The notes under the pieces: generated by a model
What the model was told of the DNA's origin: nothing
The model's input: only the letters and a program-made list of their open reading frames with translations
Database searches by the model: none
IMG/VR virus record: IMGVR_UViG_3300019757_000164
Coordinates: 1-64,000 of that record
DNA from: a virus
DNA: 64,000 nt
Direction: 5' to 3' (one strand)
Translations under genes and position numbers: made by a program
Shown here: piece after piece, positions 10,522 through 21,452 of the stretch
Position numbering within the stretch: position 1 is the stretch's first letter
Layout: each line of letters opens with the position of its first letter

Positions 10522-13500
10522 CTACAACATATTCTCTGGTATTCTCGAGAAGTTAGTTACCCAATATTGTCTTTTACCCTCAACCACTTTCCATTCTCCG
10601 GTTTCATCATCCTTGTATTTTATCGGTTTGTGACAACCACTGCCGATTTTTATAATCGATCCCTCTGTAGCCTCCGATAAATCTAAATATCTATTATTTA
10701 CCTTTGCTTCAAATCTTTTACCTGTTCCCAATGATATTAAATCCAATTTAGGATGTGCTTTAGGATATTTTTTATTTTTAATCACATTAAGTATAACGCA
10801 ATTGTCGGGATCTGTGTCTAATATAAGATTTATATATCCAAGATATTCCTTTTGAAATTCTATCTTATCACAAATGGAAAAATCTTCATCTTCCATACTT
10901 GTAAAGTATTCAAATAGTATTGGTTTAAAATCTATTTTACTAAACTGCTTATCTGTCTCTTTTGAATTTTCTTTTATTAGATTTATATCAAATGGAACCT
11001 CAGATAACTTGTCTTTTTTTATAGTTTTTTTATTTATCCACTTTCTATATACCTCATAGAAGATCATTAACTTTTTAGATTTACCAAACTCACAAAAGTA
11101 ATCTATTCTTATTAACGCCTCTGTCTGTGTTTTGTTTAATGGAGACACCTCTAAGAATTCAAAGAAGTTATTTAACTCCATATGCCTCATTTCGTATAAT
11201 TTGTCGCCTATATCAGAATTTAAACTCTTAACCGATCCAACGCCTTTGTATATTACATTACTTTCTTTGTCTGACATATATCCACCTTTAGATTTCCTAA
11301 ATCTAGCAGGGGAAATAGATATGTCAGTATGATTCTTCATATAATTCAAAACACTAGATGTTTTATCTAATTTACTTTCATTTATTTCCAACACAGATGT
11401 TATAAACTCTAATGGGTAATATGTTCTAAGATATGCGGTTGCATAACCAATCATACTATATGGCTGAGAATGATTTTCGCTAAATCCATAATCCGAGCTA
11501 TCTCTTATTATCTGTATATAATCTTCTATTAATTTCTCTGCCAATTCAACCGATGACTCATATTTGTTGACCATAGTGTCTATAAATCCACTCTTTATAT
11601 CTGGTATAAACTGCTCTGTACCTAACTTTTTAGAAAATCCCCTTCTAACCATATCAGCTTTACCTAAACTGTATCCACAAAATTCATTTAAGAACGAGAG
11701 GATTTGTTCTTGATAAACCATTTGACCTAGCGTTTTTTCAAATAGCTTATCTAACTTTTCGTGACCACAATCCTTAAAATTTCCAGCCATTAAATCATTT
11801 CTGAAACTTGCACCGCTTGGTCTGATTGCACCATTAGCCATACTCATCAATGATAGCTTATCAACGTCTCCTGTCACCTCTTGTATTTTCTTTAGAGTTG
11901 ATTCGCTCAATATTTGCTTTAGTACATTGTGAGATGAATTTGATTCAAATTGGAATATAGAAGTGGGATCTTTTATCATATTATCCCAGACCTTATCGTC
12001 TGTAAAATCCATATTATCCGGTGACAATCTATCTATTCCAGCTTTTTTACACGCATTATTTATTATACCTACATTATCAAGCCCTAATATATCCAGCTTA
12101 ACATAATTTAAACTATCAACTTCTTTCATGTTTAGTTGAGATATAGGGTATTCATTTGTTGTCAACGTAAATGTTCCCATGTTTTCATTGATTGAATCTG
12201 GAGAAACTATAGTTGCACTAGGATGAGAACCTACTGATACAATTACACCTCTCAACATATCCACATATTTAAATGTCTCTGGATACTTCTCTCTATAGTG
12301 CTGTTCTCTATCTTCTATATTTTTAGATATTGAGTCAGCCTCTTCTAAGCTTATAACCTCTGACTTTGGGAAGTTTATTGTGTCTAACTTACCTTTTTCA
12401 TTTAAAGATCTTATACCACCAGTCACATCTTTTACAGCACCTTTTAGAGCTATTGTGTTAAATGTAACTATTTCAGATGTGTGCAATTTTGGAAATTGAA
12501 CTTTTATATCTTTATACAAATACTCCTTAACTCTACCTCTGTCCATAGGAGACCAATCGCTATCAATGTCGCCAAGTGAATATTTTTCTAAATGAGAAAA
12601 ACGCTCAAAGTATAAATTATATTCAACACTGTCAATGTCTGTTATTCCTAGTAAATATGCTATCAAAGATCCGCTTACTGAACCCCTTGAGTATCCGCAA
12701 TACCTACCTTCATTTCTCATATTTCTCTTTATATTCTCCTCTAATAAAAGAAAATCAAACATTCCTTGTTTTTCATATACATACAACTCTTTTTTTATTC
12801 TATCGTTATACTCTTTTGAATTATGCTTCTCTCCTATTTTCTTTTCTATATAACCCTTTGTTATTTTGTCCTTAAGCTCTTTATCTGAGTTATCGCTTAA
12901 TTTTGGATATTTGAAACTTCTATCTACATCAAATTCCTCTATCATATTTGAAAATGTATTTGTGTTGTTTATAGCTTCTAAATAATAACACTCATTCATT
13001 GAGTTTTGATTCTTGTACAACTCCACCAACTCTTCGTATGATTTAAATGTTATATCCCAACCATCCTCATTATCGAAATGTATGTTTTTTCTTGCCTGTA
13101 GTATCTCTCTTCCTATTGTGTAATCATAATTCAGAGAATGGGTATCCGTACCAGCTATCAGAGGTATTGAGTGTTTTTGATTTAGATTTAATAAGTATTT
13201 ATTATACTCTATCTGCTCATTAACATCATGATGTTGTATTTCTAAAAAACATCTATGCTTATTCTTTATTAAAAAATCAATAAATTTATCCTTTAATTCT
13301 TCAGATCCTTTATATAAAATTCCACCAATACAAGCGGTTGTTACTATTATGTTATCTGATGTATTTATTAACTCATCAAATGTTATTCTTGGATTATAGC
13401 GATAATGCCCATCAGATCTATTAAACGCAACTTTGTGAGACATTAAATTATTTATCTCCTTGACGCCATCGAAATTCATAGCATATAACCCAACATGATA

Positions 13501-13755
13501 ATTATCTCTTATCTTTTCTTGTATAGATTCTGTTACATAAGCCTCTACCCCGTGTATGTACTTCATACCATTCTTTTCTACATATTCTTTTTTATGCAAC
13601 CACTCCATAACATTTCCATGCTCAGAAAACGCTATTGACTTCATGCCAAGTTGAACCGCCCTATCTACATAATGTTTGTACTTATTTACAGAATCCATAG
13701 AAGTAAATGCGTTTGATAGGTCTGTGTGTAAGTGAAAAACAGTGTAATTATTCAT
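10522..13755 (-). CDS. dnaE: DNA polymerase III alpha subunit (family C)
   Basis: PHP domain HLHTD/SEHG/GVEAY/TDTH, SRGSVSGSL, DIDSD, KLDILGL, YGFSENHS. Confidence 0.95.
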   Translation of the reverse strand: MNNYTVFHLHTDLSNAFTSMDSVNKYKHYVDRAVQLGMKSIAFSEHGNVMEWLHKKEYVEKNGMKYIHGVEAYVTESIQEKIRDNYHVGLYAMNFDGVKEINNLMSHKVAFNRSDGHYRYNPRITFDELINTSDNIIVTTACIGGILYKGSEELKDKFIDFLIKNKHRCFLEIQHHDVNEQIEYNKYLLNLNQKHSIPLIAGTDTHSLNYDYTIGREILQARKNIHFDNEDGWDITFKSYEELVELYKNQNSMNECYYLEAINNTNTFSNMIEEFDVDRSFKYPKLSDNSDKELKDKITKGYIEKKIGEKHNSKEYNDRIKKELYVYEKQGMFDFLLLEENIKRNMRNEGRYCGYSRGSVSGSLIAYLLGITDIDSVEYNLYFERFSHLEKYSLGDIDSDWSPMDRGRVKEYLYKDIKVQFPKLHTSEIVTFNTIALKGAVKDVTGGIRSLNEKGKLDTINFPKSEVISLEEADSISKNIEDREQHYREKYPETFKYVDMLRGVIVSVGSHPSATIVSPDSINENMGTFTLTTNEYPISQLNMKEVDSLNYVKLDILGLDNVGIINNACKKAGIDRLSPDNMDFTDDKVWDNMIKDPTSIFQFESNSSHNVLKQILSESTLKKIQEVTGDVDKLSLMSMANGAIRPSGASFRNDLMAGNFKDCGHEKLDKLFEKTLGQMVYQEQILSFLNEFCGYSLGKADMVRRGFSKKLGTEQFIPDIKSGFIDTMVNKYESSVELAEKLIEDYIQIIRDSSDYGFSENHSQPYSMIGYATAYLRTYYPLEFITSVLEINESKLDKTSSVLNYMKNHTDISISPARFRKSKGGYMSDKESNVIYKGVGSVKSLNSDIGDKLYEMRHMELNNFFEFLEVSPLNKTQTEALIRIDYFCEFGKSKKLMIFYEVYRKWINKKTIKKDKLSEVPFDINLIKENSKETDKQFSKIDFKPILFEYFTSMEDEDFSICDKIEFQKEYLGYINLILDTDPDNCVILNVIKNKKYPKAHPKLDLISLGTGKRFEAKVNNRYLDLSEATEGSIIKIGSGCHKPIKYKDDETGEWKVVEGKRQYWVTNFSRIPENML

Positions 13756-14779
13756 TAAACCACTCCTTAAATTGTTCTATTGTCATCCTACTTTCGTATA
13801 AATTATACCATACATCTCTTCCAACATCGAGAGGAGATTGCGTACCTGTTAATAAATCATTAAAATCATAAACTATTTCAACTGGTAAATACCCTTCAAA
13901 TTTATTCGCCTCTATTATTATATCATATGGATCAACATCTTTATCAAAAGCTAAAACTACTTTACATTGAAGAGATATTATTTTATTAACTTGATTTACT
14001 GATATTTTCTTCTTTGATGTTGCAATACAATTATCTACATTAATGCTATCTCCTTGTTGAACACCCTTTTCAGATTCAATGACTATAGCTTCATGTTTAT
14101 CATATATATTAAACTGATTTTCATATAATCCATACAATATATCTACCGCTTTGTACGGATAATATGCAACAAACTTTGGTATATCTAATTCTTTATAATT
14201 ACTATGTAAAGTTCTACCTTTTATTGTTACTATGTCTCCATCTTCATCTCTAATTGGAGTTAATAATCTATTATCTCCAATATCATATCCGGTTTGAAAT
14301 TTAATTTGAGTGTCTACAGATACACCTTGTTCTGTTAATCTATAATGTGGATTTATAAAGAATTGATTTAATACATCATCATGAAGCTTTATATTCTCTT
14401 CAATTTCAGGTTCTTTTCTTGATCCAAATAAAGTATCCAATATTCCGAATAATTTTTTCTTTGGCTTATACTCATAGGTATTTTCTACTCCAATAGTTGA
14501 ACATATATAATCAATTGCTTCTAAAAACTCAATTTCTTTTATATGCTCAACTAATGATATAATGTCCCCGCCTTTAAACGAGGCATCTGTATGAAATACA
14601 GCACCTAGATTTTTATCTTTTGTTATTATCTGTATACTTGTGGCATTATCACCACCTTCTCTGGCACCTTGTATTCTACTATCTAATTTCTTTATAGAAT
14701 GTACTCCACATGATTCTAAAACGTTGATGATGTGAGATTGATCATCATATAAAATTCCTTTTAAAACTTCTGCTTGCAT
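13748..14779 (-). CDS. DNA primase (DnaG-like, TOPRIM)
   Basis: PIRDEDGDIVTIKGR, LYGL, VIESEKG, LAFDKD; lies between the helicase and polymerase genes. Confidence 0.8.
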   Translation of the reverse strand: MQAEVLKGILYDDQSHIINVLESCGVHSIKKLDSRIQGAREGGDNATSIQIITKDKNLGAVFHTDASFKGGDIISLVEHIKEIEFLEAIDYICSTIGVENTYEYKPKKKLFGILDTLFGSRKEPEIEENIKLHDDVLNQFFINPHYRLTEQGVSVDTQIKFQTGYDIGDNRLLTPIRDEDGDIVTIKGRTLHSNYKELDIPKFVAYYPYKAVDILYGLYENQFNIYDKHEAIVIESEKGVQQGDSINVDNCIATSKKKISVNQVNKIISLQCKVVLAFDKDVDPYDIIIEANKFEGYLPVEIVYDFNDLLTGTQSPLDVGRDVWYNLYESRMTIEQFKEWFNE

Positions 14780-14796
14780 ATCTCACACCTCCAATT

Positions 14797-16185
14797 TTAT
14801 TCGTATGGTTTATTTCCTTCTAAGTTAGTTTGTATTTTACTTTGTTTAATAGACATTCTATCTAGATCTGCTACCATATTTATATATTCAGAACCTTTAT
14901 CCATCTGTCTTCCTAATCTATTGTAGTCTATAAATATCTTATGAGTTCCACACTCTTTACCGTCGGCAATAACCTCTTCCATATCTTTCTTAATCCAATA
15001 TGCTATAACACTAGCATATCTAGCAATTTTCGCACTGTCTGCCATTCTATCCTCATTGTCATTCATTTGACCAGATGCTAAAATTGGAATATTTAGTCTG
15101 CCAGCTATGTCGTTCTTTAAATAGTTTGTAAGATCTCCTAAGTATTGATGCTCTTGCATTTGAATTCCAGAAACTTTGTTTGCCTTAATATAATCAAACG
15201 CAAGCAATCCTAAATTTCCCATCTTCTGCTGATATGCTTTTGTGATCATAAACAAATCTTCAAATTTATAGTCTGGATATTTCTCTGGTAAGTATATATG
15301 AGCTAATTGACCACTTTTTATTTTTGCCCTAACGTCCATAATTAAATCTCGTTCTTCTTGTGTCCTTTTCCCAGACTTAATTCTAGCTACAGTCATTCCA
15401 GTTACGTGTGCTAATAATCTTTCTACCCATTGTCTTGTTGGGAGCTCTGTATCTAATACTAATACACCTATACCATTGCTTATCTTATGCCAAACCTCGT
15501 TTAAAATAATTACAGATTTTCCCGACTTTGGTCTTCCCGCTATGAGAATAAGTTCTCCGTTTTCATAACTGAAGAAGTTATTTAATATAGGATATTTGGA
15601 TGGAAGTCCAGCTGTACCATCATTATTAGCTCTACTATCTATCTCCTCTAAGTATTTATCAATATCATCACCTAGTAGTCTGAATTCACCAGTTGATAGA
15701 TAATTACTAGACATATCCATTATCTCAGAGTGCATTTTGCCATTTAACTCATTGACGGAACTTGAGTCATCAGATCTTATATTTTCCGCAATCATTTCTA
15801 GTCTATTTGGAGCAGTTCTCCTAAAATCAAAAGTAATCAATCTTTCTAATCTTTTATTAAATTCCGCAACATCGTCAGTGCCTAACAATTTTAATTTATG
15901 GATTCTGTCTGAAAACTCTCTGTTCTCTATGGCTTCCTTATATGTGCTGTATACATATGGACTTTCTCTTAGTTTGTTAATAATAGTAAAATCATCTAGA
16001 GATTCAACACCTTCATCTGCTAAATCTTTTAAAGCCCAAAAAAGACCTTGGTATTCATCATGGTAAAACATATTTGGTTGTATTGATTCAGCATAATATG
16101 ACATCTCTATTTTTTTTAGTAGTGTCCCCACAATTCCAGCTTCTATATATTCATCTTCTAGTTTTAAATGTGAATATGTTTCCAT
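14797..16185 (-). CDS. dnaB: Replicative DNA helicase, DnaB-like
   Basis: Walker A GRPKSGKS, LDTE, FDYIK, GQMN. Confidence 0.9.
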   Translation of the reverse strand: METYSHLKLEDEYIEAGIVGTLLKKIEMSYYAESIQPNMFYHDEYQGLFWALKDLADEGVESLDDFTIINKLRESPYVYSTYKEAIENREFSDRIHKLKLLGTDDVAEFNKRLERLITFDFRRTAPNRLEMIAENIRSDDSSSVNELNGKMHSEIMDMSSNYLSTGEFRLLGDDIDKYLEEIDSRANNDGTAGLPSKYPILNNFFSYENGELILIAGRPKSGKSVIILNEVWHKISNGIGVLVLDTELPTRQWVERLLAHVTGMTVARIKSGKRTQEERDLIMDVRAKIKSGQLAHIYLPEKYPDYKFEDLFMITKAYQQKMGNLGLLAFDYIKANKVSGIQMQEHQYLGDLTNYLKNDIAGRLNIPILASGQMNDNEDRMADSAKIARYASVIAYWIKKDMEEVIADGKECGTHKIFIDYNRLGRQMDKGSEYINMVADLDRMSIKQSKIQTNLEGNKPYE

Positions 16186-16612
16186 ATGATGCCTCCTTAA
16201 TCTTCTTTGATATGTTGGTATCTTGTTCTACTTCTATATCAACTTTCTTATTTTTTAAAAGTTTATACTCTAACTCAATTTGTTCTTTTTTAAATTTATT
16301 ATAATTATGACCATTTGATAAATAATGCTCTAGACCAAATGGTGTATTCAATGTCAAATCATCTCTTTTTATTTTTTTTATCATCCACAGAACATAATTA
16401 CTATCTATCTGCTTATCGTCTATTAGTTTTTTTAAAATCATGTTTACTTGTTTTGTCATAAATTTAAGATCTTCTGACATTATTTTTCTAGAATCTGCCT
16501 TATTGATCTGTTTAATATAACACTCTTCATGGTAATATTTTTTATCAATATAGATAGCTTCATCTTTTTTTACTTCACCACCCAATTTACAATTCGAATA
16601 TCTACATTTCAT
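16151..16612 (-). CDS. Hypothetical replication-cluster protein with N-terminal Cys/His motif
   Basis: CRYSNC...YHEEC; directly upstream of the helicase. Confidence 0.55.
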   Translation of the reverse strand: MKCRYSNCKLGGEVKKDEAIYIDKKYYHEECYIKQINKADSRKIMSEDLKFMTKQVNMILKKLIDDKQIDSNYVLWMIKKIKRDDLTLNTPFGLEHYLSNGHNYNKFKKEQIELEYKLLKNKKVDIEVEQDTNISKKIKEASYGNIFTFKTRR

Positions 16613-16631
16613 ATTTCCTCCTAAAAGATTT

Positions 16632-16657
16632 AAAAGGAGTGGGTATTTCCCACCCCT
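16632..16657 (-). terminator. Rho-independent terminator
   Basis: AGGGGTGGG-AAATA-CCCACTCCT followed by TTT on the minus strand, after the ATPase gene. Confidence 0.7.
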
Positions 16658-16663
16658 AAAATA

Positions 16664-17713
16664 TTATAACAAACTTTTTAGATCTTGTATAGCTTTTTCT
16701 GTTAATTTGTAGTCTGTAAATTCTTTTGGATTTTTAATTCCGTACTCTTTATACACACCCATAATTACCTTGTTCGAAACGCCAGAGTCAGCAACTTTCT
16801 TAGAGACTTCTAAAAGATCATCTATTCTTGCAATTTTTTCTTCTGAGTTATTTTCTGCCTCACTTGCATCCTCTACTTCTAAATATTCTTCTACAACTTC
16901 TTTTTTTCTATCCTTTTGCTTTCCAATACTACCGTGTTCTTCAAATTCTCTCTTCATAGCGTCTAGAATTGCATTACAGTAATTCTCTGCACTATACTCT
17001 GATTTCTCAACAATGTACTCTAATCTACCTCCTGCTTCTACTGATGTATCACCTCTAAAGTACATGATTCTCTCTTTATCTTTTAATAGGTTTTCTTCTA
17101 CTTGAACTTCATTTGTGATATTGCAGAAACTCAAAGCTCTATATGAAAATGCATGAAAGTTGTCAAAAGAAAGGTTCGTTGAAAGTATAGTGTATTCATC
17201 TTCTCCTAATTTAGACTTTATATTTCTTGGTTTACTATGAGACACTAGTATAGTCATTGCTTCAATCAGTTGGACTTTTGTTACAAATTCATCGATTAAT
17301 TTATTTAATCTCTTTCTAGGTTCTCCATATCCTCCAAAACAAGAATTAAAACTCTTTGGTTTTTGTTTAGTCTCTACCGTATGCTGTCTCATAATTTCTT
17401 CTTCGCCTAAAGGTATAATCCAATCCATAACATCAAACGATACGACATCATATCCTTCTGTGTCCTTTAGTAAAGAATTGATAATATTCATTAGTTCTTT
17501 CCATGTTTGAGGCTCTTCATACATAATGCCACTTTTACCTTCGTATGCACGTTCATTTTTGATTGAAATCATAAGTAATTTTTCTCTTGATCCATAAGCG
17601 TGTTCTGCTATCTTAACTGTCAAATCAGTCTTTCCGATTTTTTGAATTCCAGAAATGATATGTAATCCATTTTTTAAATCTGGTTTAATCTCGTGTTTTT
17701 TTCCTAATCCCAT
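16664..17713 (-). CDS. AAA_24/Sak4-like ATPase (recombination/annealing)
   Basis: Walker A GIQKIGKT, Walker B VSFD, GGYG, VSH. Confidence 0.75.
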   Translation of the reverse strand: MGLGKKHEIKPDLKNGLHIISGIQKIGKTDLTVKIAEHAYGSREKLLMISIKNERAYEGKSGIMYEEPQTWKELMNIINSLLKDTEGYDVVSFDVMDWIIPLGEEEIMRQHTVETKQKPKSFNSCFGGYGEPRKRLNKLIDEFVTKVQLIEAMTILVSHSKPRNIKSKLGEDEYTILSTNLSFDNFHAFSYRALSFCNITNEVQVEENLLKDKERIMYFRGDTSVEAGGRLEYIVEKSEYSAENYCNAILDAMKREFEEHGSIGKQKDRKKEVVEEYLEVEDASEAENNSEEKIARIDDLLEVSKKVADSGVSNKVIMGVYKEYGIKNPKEFTDYKLTEKAIQDLKSLL

Positions 17714-17722
17714 AAATCCTCC

Positions 17723-18478
17723 TTAATCATCTATACTTACTCTATATTCATACATAGCATCATACAAATTTTTAGGTATGCTATGTTTATATAAATCCGC
17801 TACTCTTTTTATCTCATTCTCTTTACCTATTTTGTACGCATTAAACGCCTCTTCTAATGTATCATAAGTTCCAAGGTATGTTTGTTTCTTTTTTCTCAAT
17901 ACTTTTGATTGAAATCTTTTTCCAACTTTTATTACGCCAATAGGAAACTCTCCCCTTTTACCGTTGCTTCTAGTAAACAATGAGTTGATATGATGATTTA
18001 CGAACACACACGTATCCGGAGAATATATTCTATTTCCCTTCACCAGTATATCTTTATCTATTTGAGATTTCTCACCATTAATTTCATAGTAGTTATTTTC
18101 GTACCAATTTGCAAAAGTTTGAAAGCACATCCATTCTTTACAAACCCTACATCCAATGTATGAAGGTTCTTTATCGTGCAACTTGCTTGAATAGCATCTT
18201 TTTATCATCTTGTTCCATATAGAATAAACCCTAGTATCTCTTCCGTTTAAATGTGCAATATGATTTCCTTCGCCTAAGAAACCAACCCCATATACGGATT
18301 TTGAATATGGGGTTTTGAATGTTCCATCCTTAAAAGATTTGTATTGTGTTCTTTTGTGATGAGTTCCATCAACTAACAATATCACATCTTTGCAACTGTT
18401 GTACTTTACTATTGTTGAATGTTGTCCATAGTTATTAATTGAAGACTCACCGACTCTTGGGTGTTTTATTGCATCCAA
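17723..18478 (-). CDS. Putative free-standing homing endonuclease (HNH-like with AP2-like C-terminus)
   Basis: WNKMIKRCY, VCKEW, IDKDIL..GNRIYSPDTCVFV, YLGTYDTLEEAFNAY. Confidence 0.75.
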   Translation of the reverse strand: MDAIKHPRVGESSINNYGQHSTIVKYNSCKDVILLVDGTHHKRTQYKSFKDGTFKTPYSKSVYGVGFLGEGNHIAHLNGRDTRVYSIWNKMIKRCYSSKLHDKEPSYIGCRVCKEWMCFQTFANWYENNYYEINGEKSQIDKDILVKGNRIYSPDTCVFVNHHINSLFTRSNGKRGEFPIGVIKVGKRFQSKVLRKKKQTYLGTYDTLEEAFNAYKIGKENEIKRVADLYKHSIPKNLYDAMYEYRVSIDD

Positions 18479-19455
18479 GGTGGAACCTCTTCATTTAGTT
18501 CACTCGGCTCTTCTTCATATGCTCCTTCTAGTACATCTGTAATTGCACAAATTTCATCATATTTCTTTTCAGACACAATCTCTCTTGTAGCTGAATTATT
18601 TTGGTAAGATTTTGGTCTTTTACCGATTACATTAGATCCTTGTTCTGGTTCATCATCGGATTGTTTTTCGGCATACACTACTCTATTGTGTGCAACGCCT
18701 TCCACTGTTAACTGAGCACCGTAAGATAGTTCTTTTAGGTACGCTACAATATCTTCATCTAATGTTACGAAATCAACATCTACAAATTCACCTCTCCAAT
18801 CTAGCCATTTACCGGTTACTAAATGTTCGTTATCTTCCAATTCAATGATCTCATCAAATACTAGCGTATCTTGAAAGTCAGATACTTCTTCAAAATCTTC
18901 TGCATCAAAGTCAACTGGTTCTGTAGTCGAAAAGATTCTATTGATTTCATTTGATTTATATTTTTTATCTCCTTTTTGACTATGACTTCTTTGAGTGCCA
19001 ACAAAAACACTGTCTCCTTCTTTGAATTTAGCTAAAATGTATTCAATAGCATCTAACGGCAATAGATTTACAGATTCTTCTTCACCAGATCTAGCTCTTA
19101 CGCCAATAACTTCAAATCCATGCTTGCCATTCTTCTTATCTTCATCACTGACTTTGTATTTGTATCTATCTGCATACTTAACTTTCTTTTGATTCTTGTT
19201 ACCTTTTTCTGTATTGAATAAAATAACATCTTTACCTACTTTAGATAAAAATTCCATTAAATCTAAGAAGATCATATTGTCATGATTTGTCTTAAGTCTT
19301 AATTGAATCTTAGCAATAGCACCAGACTTATAAACACTTTTACCGTTATAATCTTTTTTATCTTTTGCTTCAGCCCACTCTTTTCTAGCAACATCAATAC
19401 CAGATAAAATACCTTTGTAGTTGCCATAACCTTTAAATTGTTTTACTTTAGCCAT
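18466..19455 (-). CDS. Putative single-stranded DNA-binding protein
   Basis: Located in the replication cluster next to the Sak4-like ATPase; acidic C-terminal tail ending EEVPPWMQ. Confidence 0.55.
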   Translation of the reverse strand: MAKVKQFKGYGNYKGILSGIDVARKEWAEAKDKKDYNGKSVYKSGAIAKIQLRLKTNHDNMIFLDLMEFLSKVGKDVILFNTEKGNKNQKKVKYADRYKYKVSDEDKKNGKHGFEVIGVRARSGEEESVNLLPLDAIEYILAKFKEGDSVFVGTQRSHSQKGDKKYKSNEINRIFSTTEPVDFDAEDFEEVSDFQDTLVFDEIIELEDNEHLVTGKWLDWRGEFVDVDFVTLDEDIVAYLKELSYGAQLTVEGVAHNRVVYAEKQSDDEPEQGSNVIGKRPKSYQNNSATREIVSEKKYDEICAITDVLEGAYEEEPSELNEEVPPWMQ

Positions 19456-19594
19456 AAATTTTCCTCCTTGTTTTGTTTGTTTCATCCTTCATCTTTATAT
19501 TATCACATCTTGTGCAATAATGCAATACTTTTTTAAAACTTTTTTCAGTTGGTGCTCTTACTCCTACCATATATTCTCTCCCTCCAACTTCTTA

Positions 19595-19623
19595 AGTATA
19601 TAACATCTAATTATTAATGTCAA
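19595..19623 (-). promoter_or_regulatory. SigA-type promoter upstream of the replication operon
   Basis: TTGACA-17 nt-TATACT. Confidence 0.7.
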
Positions 19624-19790
19624 CTACTTTTTATATTTTTCTTTATTAAATTGTAAATTAATTTCAGTTAAATCATTCAACAATTGCTCAAGACTATCTT
19701 TTGGTATATTTACAAATCTACCGTAATCACCATCTGAGATATGAATAGTTACACCTGATTTAGTTTTAGTAGTTATGATCATATTTATAC

Positions 19791-20975
19791 CTATACTTTC
19801 GTCGTGTCTATATATTTTGGTTTAATAGACATTCTTAATTCTTCTAATTTATCATAAAAATCATACCAACTGGTTACTTTGATGCAGTGATCTGTTTTTT
19901 TATTGAAGTCTCTATATCCTTTATCAAACATCAAGAAGTTAAATGCACCCATATTTTGCAAGTTATCCTCATGGTCATCAAATACAACTCTATCCAATGA
20001 AATATTATTCTTAGAAAAAAGATTCCCATCTGATAATATTGTCTCTTTTACCATATATAGATTATCTTTGATATATTTGGCTTTCTTTGATTTATTCCCA
20101 TTATCTCCGAAACTACATATCATGACATTATATTTCTTATCATAGCATAGTTTATTTATAATTTCAACAGCATTTTCTTTTAATCGTATATTTCTCCAAA
20201 AGAAATCTGAGGAAAACATACCATATAAATCCTCCATTGTTAGTAATGGACATTGATCACCCGCATCATAATAATAAATATCATCCCCATCTGCTGGTTT
20301 GAATCCAATCTCATTATGGTAGTACTCATTATAGAAATCCGCCATAGCCCAGTCTGTATCTACTATTACATTATCAAAGTCAATTATTACCTCTAGCACA
20401 TTTGGCTTTAATCCATATGCGTTTATAAATTCTACAACTTGATCTGATAACCTTCGTAAATAATTGTTCTCACTACCGTCATTAGCAATACGCCAATTAA
20501 AATCAAAACTATCCATATCAGTCTCAGACACATGACTCTTCAATTTTTCAGACCCCAAGGCATCAAAATTTGGTCTTTCTACTCTAATAGTAATTAGATC
20601 GTCTATAAGTCCGATTTGTTTTAATCGATTGAAAAAGTCATAATTACACTTCTCTCTTAGGCTTTCTACAATGATGAGATTGTCTTTCTTATCATTGAGA
20701 TTCGGCTCAATATCATTTAAATACACTCTTTTAGCCATATGGTATGGATATAATTTTGTACCTAACCTGTAAGTTTCTTGCATAAACTCTCTAGAATCTT
20801 CGTTATCAACTCCGTCCCAAAAGAAGTCATCTTTAGCAATCTTTCTTATATATGTAGATAAGCTGGTTTTAATTTTATTATACTCGTTAGAAGTTTCTTT
20901 TAACAATAACTCGGCTACCGTTCCTTTTCCATTGTTGGATTTGCCATTGACCATAATTACAATGTTTTTACCCAT
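19791..20975 (-). CDS. Fusion of a P-loop nucleotide kinase-like domain and a HAD 5'(3')-deoxyribonucleotidase
   Basis: N-terminal NGKSNNGKGT and HVSET; C-terminal IDFDNVIVD and VFDD. Confidence 0.75.
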   Translation of the reverse strand: MGKNIVIMVNGKSNNGKGTVAELLLKETSNEYNKIKTSLSTYIRKIAKDDFFWDGVDNEDSREFMQETYRLGTKLYPYHMAKRVYLNDIEPNLNDKKDNLIIVESLREKCNYDFFNRLKQIGLIDDLITIRVERPNFDALGSEKLKSHVSETDMDSFDFNWRIANDGSENNYLRRLSDQVVEFINAYGLKPNVLEVIIDFDNVIVDTDWAMADFYNEYYHNEIGFKPADGDDIYYYDAGDQCPLLTMEDLYGMFSSDFFWRNIRLKENAVEIINKLCYDKKYNVMICSFGDNGNKSKKAKYIKDNLYMVKETILSDGNLFSKNNISLDRVVFDDHEDNLQNMGAFNFLMFDKGYRDFNKKTDHCIKVTSWYDFYDKLEELRMSIKPKYIDTTKV

Positions 20976-20984
20976 TAGTCCTCC

Positions 20985-21452
20985 TTAATCTTCTTGACAT
21001 AAAATCCATTCGATATTATCAGCACATTCATTTTTATCAGTCCAATCTTCTAATGCATACTGATCACATTCTTCTCCTTCGCAAATTCCACCATTCAATT
21101 TACAATATCCGTATTTCTTAGCTCGGTCTTCTTCTTCATTTCTTTCTTTTTCAAATTTACAAACTTGTGGATACGTAAAATCTGTATTTCTGATGATATA
21201 ATCTTTCATTAGATAATGTGGTATTTTACACTGCCTAATCTCATAAAAATCAGCTTCCGTAAGGTACAATTTACTTATATCGACCATTACTTCATCATCA
21301 TGTCTGTTATCGCCCTCATCAAATAAATAAGCGTGTCTAATATCACTTGTATATCCACCTTTTGATGTTCCGTAATCACTTCCTTCAAATAATGCAACTG
21401 AATCGCCATGTATTGATAAGTGCCAATTGCATAATGATAAATATTTTGTCAT
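20985..21452 (-). CDS. Hypothetical protein
   Basis: ORF coupled to the upstream gene, with RBS. Confidence 0.6.
   Translation of the reverse strand: MTKYLSLCNWHLSIHGDSVALFEGSDYGTSKGGYTSDIRHAYLFDEGDNRHDDEVMVDISKLYLTEADFYEIRQCKIPHYLMKDYIIRNTDFTYPQVCKFEKERNEEEDRAKKYGYCKLNGGICEGEECDQYALEDWTDKNECADNIEWILCQED

Noticed and set aside
2321-16185. Inteins or introns in nrdD, dnaE or dnaB
   Set aside because: Lengths are normal, the ORFs are continuous and no intein motifs were seen.
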